The translations under genes were made by a program, and so were the position numbers. Below the pieces are notes generated by a model. The model was not told the DNA's origin and made no database searches. It was given only the letters and a program-made list of their open reading frames with translations. From Patescibacteria group bacterium (GTDB taxonomy: Bacteria > Patescibacteriota > Microgenomatia > UBA1400 > UBA1449), in contig JBMNOG010000005.1 of NCBI GenBank assembly GCA_050942955.1, positions 307-64,306 of the forward strand: DNA of 64,000 nt. The letters run 5' to 3'. Below are positions 56,872-64,000 of this stretch, in pieces; position 1 is the first letter of the stretch, and every line of letters begins with the position of its first letter.

Positions 56872-57819
56872 TTAACCCTTAAACATTACTTTCAGGACTT
56901 TAGCCAAGCGTTTTCGGCCGACAACCAGAGTCAAAACAAAACCCACGATTGCTACTGCCGCAACAAACCCTAAGATGAGTACCATTTTTGGAATGACTGT
57001 AAACTTAGTTGCAGCAGTTAACGGCAATTTATTTTGTCCGTACGTAGCTATTAGAGTTGCGGTAAAGACACCCATTACGTTTGCCTGATCCCATGTAGTC
57101 TCCATTTTCCGAATAGCCCCTGGAAGAACATTTCTGCCTTCAAGTGGAATTTCAGCTACTTTTTTACCGAAAATGTTGGTAATAACAATGGTACCTTGAG
57201 GAATAATGTGAGTATTACTCTCATTTTTAACCCTGGCTAAAAGTTTTACGGGCCCCTTTTCCAGATATTTAGGTGCAGAAAAATCTTCAAGTATTGCCTT
57301 TTCAACTACGTTTCCTGAAACTCTGAGCAGCACCAATGTACCCACTCTTTGTGCCACTTTGGCTCCTCCCGGCACATCTGTATCAGCACCTGTCTGGAAA
57401 AGGATTGAAGCGTAGTGTCCTCCAGGTTCACCATTCCGGGGAATATTAATCATGAAATTAAATGCCTGTTCTTCCTTAGGCTGGAGGATTATGTCTCGAG
57501 TTGATGGCTCAATCCATTTTGCTAACGAATACGATGCATCAGATTCTCCCTCTTCCAACACCACATGTCCTTCTTCCCCGCTTGTGGTAAAGTCTTCAAC
57601 GAGGATACTATACGTCATTGGTTCATCTGACTCATTTCTCACTCTGATTTTTTCTGAAATGGTGTCTCCGGGATTACCAAATAACTCAAACTTAGGTGGA
57701 ATAACAGTAAGTGCACTGCTATTCTGAGCCTGAGCAGGAGAGCTTACTAGTATGGCAGTGAGCAGAAAGGAGATAAGGGCGAGGGGCAGCTTATGAGATG
57801 AGGAGCTTAAGAGTTTCAT
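56872..57819 (-). CDS. Cell-surface protein with signal peptide and C-terminal TM plus basic tail (DUF916/DUF3324-like architecture)
   Basis: Signal peptide ending AQAQ. ~270-aa ectodomain. TM LILGFVAAVAIVGFVLTLVV followed by GRKRLAK. Confidence 0.4.
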   Translation of the reverse strand: MKLLSSSSHKLPLALISFLLTAILVSSPAQAQNSSALTVIPPKFELFGNPGDTISEKIRVRNESDEPMTYSILVEDFTTSGEEGHVVLEEGESDASYSLAKWIEPSTRDIILQPKEEQAFNFMINIPRNGEPGGHYASILFQTGADTDVPGGAKVAQRVGTLVLLRVSGNVVEKAILEDFSAPKYLEKGPVKLLARVKNESNTHIIPQGTIVITNIFGKKVAEIPLEGRNVLPGAIRKMETTWDQANVMGVFTATLIATYGQNKLPLTAATKFTVIPKMVLILGFVAAVAIVGFVLTLVVGRKRLAKVLKVMFKG

Positions 57820-57917
57820 AGATTATTTTTGATATTAACTCAAAAGATATAAGCTTGTCAAAGTTTTTAACTAAGTATTGTAATAGTAATCTAAGAAAGC
57901 TTTTTTGTCCACAGTTA

Positions 57918-59336
57918 TTAGAAACTTCTTCCAGCGATTTGTTGATACAGGCTGTAGTAGTTCTTTGCCGACTGCTTCCATGAAAAATCTTTCTTCATGC
58001 ACTGTGTTTGTATATAGATGAGTTTATCTTTGCTGTCAATAGCTGCCCAGGCTTTATGAAGAGCAGTGCAAAATGCTTGAGTGCTATAGTCTGAAAACAA
58101 AAACCCATTTTCTCCTTCAGAAACCGTATCTGCCAACCCACCGGTTTTACGGACTACCGGGATTGTTCCATAGCGCATGGCAATCATCTGGACTAACCCA
58201 CAGGGTTCGTACTTTGAGGGCATAATGATTACTTCGCTGGCAGCGTACAATTTGTGGGCAAGAACAGGATCAAACTTGCAAACGGCAACCACATTAGGAT
58301 TTTGAACACTAATATTTATAATTTCATCCTCAAGCCATTGGTCTCCGGTCCCCAAAAAAGCAAACTGACGTTTTGCTGTACCTAAAGTGCCATTCTTTAG
58401 AGCTTCCAGAATTAATTCTACTCCTTTTTGTTTTCCATCCACTCTGCCAATATAGCTAACCAGAGTTGCTTGGGGATTTGTAGGTAGTCCTAACTCTTTT
58501 TGAACCAGGGCTTTATTTTGTTTTTTACCTTCTAAAGCAGTTTTGGGAGAGTATGGAATAATATGAGGGTCAGTTTCTGGGTTCCAGATATTGTAATCAA
58601 TGCCGTTAAGAATACCTGAAAGTTTCCCTGAAAGAGAATTAATTACCGGGTCCAGAAAAGCCCCGTACTCAGGAGTCAGAATCTCTTTGGCGTACGTTGG
58701 GCTAACTGTATTAACATAATCAGCATGAATAATACCTTCCATTAAAAGATTAACATCACCGTTTTCTGTGTCCCACTTCAGAATTGGACAAGAAGAAAGG
58801 TTAATCCCTGTTTTTTGGATAACAGTCTGAGGCGCAACACCTTGAAAGTTTAGGTTATGGATAGTTAACAATGATTTATATCCGTTACTGTTGTACAAGT
58901 GTCTGAAAATTGCAGGAACTAAAGCTGTATGCCAATCGTTGAGATGAATAAGTGTTGGTTGCCAGGGTTCCTGTTTTTCTCGAAGCCAGGTACATAAAGC
59001 AAGAGAGAAAAATACGAATTTATCAATTGAGTCATCGGCTACCCCGGATGGTTGGGACAGATATGTATTATTTGCAAATAGGTAAAGGGGAAGGGTAGTG
59101 TCGGGGACCGTAGCTCTCCAAACTGTCACCAGTTCCGGTTTGGCATCAAAAATTACAAGAATTTCTTCTTCTTTGCGCCAATGCTTTTGAGGGGTAATGG
59201 CACTATGAAAGGGGAGAGCAATGCGGATATCAGCACCTTCATGCTGCAGGGCTAAGGGCAGGCTGTGTGCAACATCTCCTAAACCACCCAGCTGATACAC
59301 TGTGGCTAGTTCTGAAACACCAAATAAGACATTCAT
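57918..59336 (-). CDS. glgA: Glycogen (starch) synthase, GT5 family
   Basis: N-terminal VYQLGGLGDV (KTGGL motif). C-terminal VRKTGGLADTV. Confidence 0.85.
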   Translation of the reverse strand: MNVLFGVSELATVYQLGGLGDVAHSLPLALQHEGADIRIALPFHSAITPQKHWRKEEEILVIFDAKPELVTVWRATVPDTTLPLYLFANNTYLSQPSGVADDSIDKFVFFSLALCTWLREKQEPWQPTLIHLNDWHTALVPAIFRHLYNSNGYKSLLTIHNLNFQGVAPQTVIQKTGINLSSCPILKWDTENGDVNLLMEGIIHADYVNTVSPTYAKEILTPEYGAFLDPVINSLSGKLSGILNGIDYNIWNPETDPHIIPYSPKTALEGKKQNKALVQKELGLPTNPQATLVSYIGRVDGKQKGVELILEALKNGTLGTAKRQFAFLGTGDQWLEDEIINISVQNPNVVAVCKFDPVLAHKLYAASEVIIMPSKYEPCGLVQMIAMRYGTIPVVRKTGGLADTVSEGENGFLFSDYSTQAFCTALHKAWAAIDSKDKLIYIQTQCMKKDFSWKQSAKNYYSLYQQIAGRSF

Positions 59337-59338
59337 AC

Positions 59339-60061
59339 TTAATTACTGCCTTGAGGAGGGTAGAGGTATTCAACATCTACCCCTTTTAAAACAATTGGGT
59401 TTTCCGGAGAGACACCAGACATATGAAGCGCCCACGTAAGTTTGCCTTCTTCGATAGCAGCATTACTTGCGTCAACTATTGCATCTGCTACTGTGTACCC
59501 ATCATCCTCGTAGTGTTTATGGTAGGTAGTAAGGATATAGTCAGCCTGTTCAAAATCCGTCTCTGTCTCAAGGGGAATAACATTTCCTTTGGCAATTAAC
59601 TCTTTTCCGGCAATAAGAGGGTCGGCAATAATTGTGGCATCTGCGGGAGGGTTTGATAAAAATGCCTCAACAGACTGAAAGGTAGGTACTTTTTGAAAAA
59701 GAGTGTATTCCTGATTCTCTTTTGCAGCCCACTCAAGATTGTCTAAAAAAGGATGAGAAATCAGCACCATAACAAGTTCAGCACCCTGTATCGTGTCAAC
59801 ACTTAACCACATCTCTGTGGGTTGAGCTGGCGGCTTAAATGAAGTCTTGACAAGAACTTTGCTAAGAACAGGAAATGTATCAATTTTAAAATAAGCTATT
59901 GGAGCAGTAACTATCTGGTCATTATTTTTCTTAGGTATAAGGGTTAGCTGGTTTTTTTTCCAAGAAAAGTAGCCTCCACTTACTATAAATAAGAAGAGTA
60001 GCAGAATTATCCCATACCTAAACCAAGGATAAGATTTTGGAGGAGCTCCATTTTTTGACAT
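59339..60061 (-). CDS. Hypothetical N-terminally anchored protein
   Basis: 240 aa with one N-terminal TM. Lies 2 nt downstream of ppsA. Confidence 0.4.
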   Translation of the reverse strand: MSKNGAPPKSYPWFRYGIILLLFLFIVSGGYFSWKKNQLTLIPKKNNDQIVTAPIAYFKIDTFPVLSKVLVKTSFKPPAQPTEMWLSVDTIQGAELVMVLISHPFLDNLEWAAKENQEYTLFQKVPTFQSVEAFLSNPPADATIIADPLIAGKELIAKGNVIPLETETDFEQADYILTTYHKHYEDDGYTVADAIVDASNAAIEEGKLTWALHMSGVSPENPIVLKGVDVEYLYPPQGSN

Positions 60062-60085
60062 ACCATTAGCTCTTAGTACAAGAAT

Positions 60086-62401
60086 TTACTTCTTTTTTTG
60101 TTCTTTAGCTTTTTGTTCAGATTCGTAAACTATTACTCTGGTTTTGTCAATCATATCCGGGCTAACTGAAACACTAGTTGCTCCCCATTCGACTAATTTT
60201 TCGGTAATATCGGGATAAATCGATGGAGCTTGGCCGCAGATTGAACAAGCGATCTTGTACTTTTTAGCGGTCTTACAGATTTTCTCAAGTGCCATAAGCG
60301 GACCCTCATCATGGATGTCAAAAATGTGGGCCACCTGCTCGTTGTCTCTGTCTACTCCCATGATTAACATAGTTAAGTCATTTGAGCCGATTGAAATGCC
60401 GTCAATGCCGACTTCAATAAAGTCTTCAAGATGGAGAACGTTATTTGGAATCTCTGCCATCATGAAAAGTTTGAAGTTCGGACCGCGTCTAAGGCCTGAA
60501 TCGTTGATCATCTGCTTGATTTGCCTAAGTTCAGAGACGGTTCTAACAAAAGGAACCATTACATGAAGGTTCTTCCAAGCATATTTGTTACGAACCATCT
60601 TAATAGCTTCAAGTTCAAGCTCAAATGTTTCACCATCTTGGATATACCGATCACAACCTCGGTATCCGATGAGAGGGTTGCTCTCGATCGGTTCGTATTC
60701 TTCTCCGCCCTCTAACTCTCGATACTCGTTGGTTTTAAAGTCTGTAAATCGGTAGATGATAGGTCTTGGGTAGAAAGCCCGGCAAAACTCTTCCAGTCCT
60801 TCAGCAAGCTTGGTGACAAAAAAGTTCTGGTGCCTCTCTTTAATAAGCTTTTTTGGATGAATCCCAATGAACTCCGAGATGATAAACTCGGCTCTTAATA
60901 AGCCCACCCCATCAACGTATTTCTTGGCAACATCAAAAGCCATGTCAGGTTCACCAAGGTTAACATACACCTTCATCTTTGTCTTAATCTCATCAATACT
61001 CTTAAAGCCTCGGGGCATGCGCATCTTTTCATGCTTGATTTCGATCTTACCCAGGTAAATGTCTCCCTTATTGGCATCAACAGTGATAGTCTGACCATTC
61101 TTCAACTTAACTGTCGCTTTTTGGGTACCGACAATACAAGGCACTCCAAGTTCTCGGCTGACAATAGCAGCGTGAGAGGTCTGTCCTCCCTGATCGGTAA
61201 CAATAGCCGCCGCCCGTTTCATGGCTGGCACATAATCAGGAGTAGTCATTTGGGCAACTAAGACATCACCTTCCTGTACTTTATCGATTTCATCCGGTGA
61301 TTTAAGAACCTTAACTATGCCGGTTGTCACACCTGGACTGGCTGGTGCTCCGGTTAAAACGGCGTTTTTCTTTGTTTCACCCAGAACTGTTTGTTCGCTG
61401 ACTGAGATTTTTTTAGCTACAGCATCCTGAGTAGTAATCGGCCTTGTCTGTACGATGTAGATCTTACCTTTTTCATAGGCCCACTCAACGTCCTGGGGCC
61501 AGCGGTAGTGCTTTTCCAGTTTTTCACCTAGTTTTGCTACTTCAATAATTAACTTATCGGAAAGTTTCTGCTTGCCAATTAGTTCCTTAGGAACTTTCCT
61601 TTCTTTGGTAATGCCATCAACTTTTACCAGCTGGATATCCTGTTCAGAAATCTCTTTATGAATAATTCTCCAGTTTCTGGAATCAATTTCAAAGTGGTCA
61701 GGAGTAGCACTACCCTGTACAATCATTTCTCCCAGGCCAAAAATGGACTCGACCACAACGACAAACTTATCATTATTAACCGGATTAATAGTAAACATAA
61801 CTCCGGAAACCTCGCTTTGAACCATCTTTTGAACAGGCACTGCGATGCCGACTTTGAAGTGGTCGTAGCCCCTTTCTTCTCTGTAGAAAATGGCACGGGA
61901 TTCAAAAAGGGAAGCCCAGGCTTTTTGAACATATTTGACCACATCTTTTGAACCTGAAATGTTAAGAAACGTTGCCTGCTGGCCGGCAAATGAAGCATCA
62001 GGAAGATCTTCAGCTGTAGCTGAGGAACGCACGGCAACTAAAGTCTTATCTTTCTCTGGCATCTTTTCGTAGGCTTCGATAATCGCTTTTTCAAGATCTT
62101 CCGGCATCTTGGCTTCAATGATCATTTTCTGCACCTTATCTCTAGCTGCGTTTAGAGATTTACCGCGATTGATATCAACGTCTTTAAGGGTTTCTTTTAT
62201 CTTCTCTCTTAAATTGTTGTAATCAAGAAAATAAAAGTAGGCTGGAGCGGTAACACAAAAGCCGTCAGGGACAGGAATACCTGCTTTGGTCATTTCTCCT
62301 AAGTTGGCTCCTTTACCGCCAACTAGGGGAATATCATCGTGATCAATTTCAGAAAACCAAACAATATGTGGGAGAGCGTGTTTATTCATGAGCAGGGACA
62401 T
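60086..62401 (-). CDS. ppsA: Phosphoenolpyruvate synthase (pyruvate, water dikinase)
   Basis: VGGKGANLGEM ATP-grasp motif. Phospho-His domain GGQTSHAAIVSRELGVPCIVG. C-terminal CSICGQAPS. 771 aa fits PpsA rather than PPDK. Confidence 0.75.
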   Translation of the reverse strand: MSLLMNKHALPHIVWFSEIDHDDIPLVGGKGANLGEMTKAGIPVPDGFCVTAPAYFYFLDYNNLREKIKETLKDVDINRGKSLNAARDKVQKMIIEAKMPEDLEKAIIEAYEKMPEKDKTLVAVRSSATAEDLPDASFAGQQATFLNISGSKDVVKYVQKAWASLFESRAIFYREERGYDHFKVGIAVPVQKMVQSEVSGVMFTINPVNNDKFVVVVESIFGLGEMIVQGSATPDHFEIDSRNWRIIHKEISEQDIQLVKVDGITKERKVPKELIGKQKLSDKLIIEVAKLGEKLEKHYRWPQDVEWAYEKGKIYIVQTRPITTQDAVAKKISVSEQTVLGETKKNAVLTGAPASPGVTTGIVKVLKSPDEIDKVQEGDVLVAQMTTPDYVPAMKRAAAIVTDQGGQTSHAAIVSRELGVPCIVGTQKATVKLKNGQTITVDANKGDIYLGKIEIKHEKMRMPRGFKSIDEIKTKMKVYVNLGEPDMAFDVAKKYVDGVGLLRAEFIISEFIGIHPKKLIKERHQNFFVTKLAEGLEEFCRAFYPRPIIYRFTDFKTNEYRELEGGEEYEPIESNPLIGYRGCDRYIQDGETFELELEAIKMVRNKYAWKNLHVMVPFVRTVSELRQIKQMINDSGLRRGPNFKLFMMAEIPNNVLHLEDFIEVGIDGISIGSNDLTMLIMGVDRDNEQVAHIFDIHDEGPLMALEKICKTAKKYKIACSICGQAPSIYPDITEKLVEWGATSVSVSPDMIDKTRVIVYESEQKAKEQKKK

Positions 62402-62715
62402 AACAAAAAATTTTGTTATGCTTGAAAAACTTTTACAACAATTATAGTTAATTACTACAAAAAGAGGCTACAAACCTCTGTTAATCATAGTAAAGTAAAA
62501 AACCAAGCATTGCAAGGGTTAACAAGGCAAGAATAAAATATTGAGAAAGTTTTATTTTAGAAAATATCCCTTGTTGGTTACTTTCCTAAGTTTCAAACAA
62601 ACAAAGAAGAGATAAAAGATAGATAACTACAAAACATATGTTGTTTTGATAAAGGAGGTAGGTAGTACGCTATGAGACTCAATATTGAAGTTACCAATAA
62701 GGATGTAGAAAATTG

Positions 62716-64000
62716 TTACCGCAGAATCCAGGTGTTGCTATTTAGCGCTTTTTCTAAATTTGCCCTAGTACTGTCAAGATTTGGATTTGCTTTCAGCGCT
62801 TTTTCATAGTACTTAATTGCTTCTTCAATTCTACCTTCATTGGCACAGATTGTCCCTAGGTTGTTTAAAACTTCGGCATAGTTTGGTTTGGTTTCCAGAG
62901 CTTTGTTGTAAAGCTGGGTCGCTTTTACAAACTCGCCCTTTTGAGCATACTTGGTTCCCAGGGCATTGTAGGCTTCAGACAGATTTACCTGAGCTCGAAG
63001 GTAGTTGGGGTCAATTTCTAAAGCTTTTTGGAAGTACTCGATAGCTGCCTCTAGATAAGACTCTTTCATATAGACTACTCCAAGGTTATTATGTGCCTCA
63101 ATAGACTTAGGCTCAAACTCTAGAGCCTTTTTGTAATAGTATCGGGCCTGAGGCAGATCGCCTTTTCTTTCAGCAATAACTCCCAAGTTGGTATAAGCGG
63201 GGGCTAAATCAGGAGTTAAATACAGAGCAGTCTGGTACGATCTCACTGCCTCATCAAAACGTTCCTGATCTCTGTAGGCTGAACCGAGCTTGTAATGAAC
63301 CATGCTATTTAAAGGTGACTGCAAAACTGTTTTTTTCCAAAGAACCACGTCATCTTTCCAATCTTTGTTTCTTTGATACGTTAGGTTTGTGTAAGTTAAA
63401 ACAATAATAGCTAGAACCCCTACTAAAGCGATTCTGGGAATTATTACTAATTTTGGAAGCCTGTCAAACAGATTGGCAAATAACCAGGCGGTGGACAAAC
63501 AGAAGCTATAAGAAGCTATATATGCGTACTTCTCCCCTAATAAATTAGCATTTGGGATAACGATGTTTAGTGCTGGTAAAAGGGTAATTAAAAACCAACC
63601 AATACAAAATGTAACGATGGGTGTCCGTTTCAAACTTTTATAAGCCCAGACAAGAAGTGTTCCTAACAATATTATGGCAAAAAGACTGGTAAGCTCAAAG
63701 ACTGACTGATTTAAAACTGCTTCCCGATTATATCGAGGGAAAGTATGGGCAAAAATATTGCCTGGAAGAGTATGGTTAATGCTTAAGTTAATGGGAACGA
63801 TAAGAAGCTTAAGGTATGCAACTATGACTTTTAATGAAACAAATTGAGTAAGAAAAAAGTTATCGGCTTGGTAAGATGATCTGGCTTCAATTTTCAAGAC
63901 AAACACTCTGATAACAAAGTAAAAGAGAGCCAGGCTAAAATAGGGAAGGTAGCGCAAATAAGTCTTTTTTAATTTAGCAAAATCTAGTTTACGAAAACAA
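62716..64000 (-). CDS. TMTC-like membrane + TPR-repeat protein, 5'-partial (ORF open to the window edge)
   Basis: Multi-TM N-terminal region followed by at least 6 TPR repeats (AYTNLGVIAERKGDLPQARYYYKKALEFEP...). No in-frame stop between the listed TTG start and nt 64000. Confidence 0.5.
   Translation of the reverse strand, partial: CFRKLDFAKLKKTYLRYLPYFSLALFYFVIRVFVLKIEARSSYQADNFFLTQFVSLKVIVAYLKLLIVPINLSINHTLPGNIFAHTFPRYNREAVLNQSVFELTSLFAIILLGTLLVWAYKSLKRTPIVTFCIGWFLITLLPALNIVIPNANLLGEKYAYIASYSFCLSTAWLFANLFDRLPKLVIIPRIALVGVLAIIVLTYTNLTYQRNKDWKDDVVLWKKTVLQSPLNSMVHYKLGSAYRDQERFDEAVRSYQTALYLTPDLAPAYTNLGVIAERKGDLPQARYYYKKALEFEPKSIEAHNNLGVVYMKESYLEAAIEYFQKALEIDPNYLRAQVNLSEAYNALGTKYAQKGEFVKATQLYNKALETKPNYAEVLNNLGTICANEGRIEEAIKYYEKALKANPNLDSTRANLEKALNSNTWILR

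Noticed and set aside
62402-62715. 314-bp AT-rich intergenic region upstream of ppsA examined for a riboswitch or ncRNA
   Set aside because: I saw only a short weak hairpin (AGAGG/CCTCT), no conserved riboswitch motif and no tRNA-like structure. It is most likely just the ppsA promoter region.
1-64000. CRISPR arrays, transposases, integrases, phage genes
   Set aside because: No direct-repeat/spacer periodicity and no transposase, integrase or phage structural motifs were seen anywhere in the window.

Overview
This 64 kb window comes from a low-GC, compact bacterial genome. The envelope genes look Gram-positive-like or CPR/Patescibacteria-like (FemAB, LCP, MurJ, sortase-like C-termini, PilN/PilO, many tiny intergenic gaps). 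I infer the lineage from gene content only, so it is tentative.

The housekeeping core is rpsT, murJ, lepA, an hrcA-grpE-dnaK-dnaJ operon with a CIRCE-like operator, gltX followed by tRNA-Gln(CUG), secA, a umuD-uvdE-umuC-uvrD DNA-damage cluster, glgA and ppsA.

Three accessory themes stand out:
- A tightly packed, ~9.6 kb minus-strand array (12325 down to 2710). It joins PilN/PilO-like proteins to four secreted Cys-rich or Ser/Thr/Pro-rich surface proteins and two PMT-like GT-C glycosyltransferases.
- An unusual density of protein-O-mannosyltransferase-like GT-C enzymes. These include a PMT/GT39-like gene, two tandem TMEM260/DUF2723-like genes with TPR tails, a partial TMTC-like membrane+TPR gene at the window end, and an ArnT/PMT_2-like gene split by two in-frame stop codons. 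A GT2/GT4/methyltransferase glycosylation island sits among them.
- A cluster at 51.0-57.8 kb with three paralogous cohesin-like membrane-anchored proteins and one protein whose C-terminus has a textbook dockerin motif pair. This looks like a non-cellulosomal cohesin-dockerin surface assembly.

A Gly/Tyr-rich low-complexity protein fused to a BON domain, and an adjacent acidic disordered protein, suggest a stress or desiccation module.

I found no CRISPR array, transposase or integrase.
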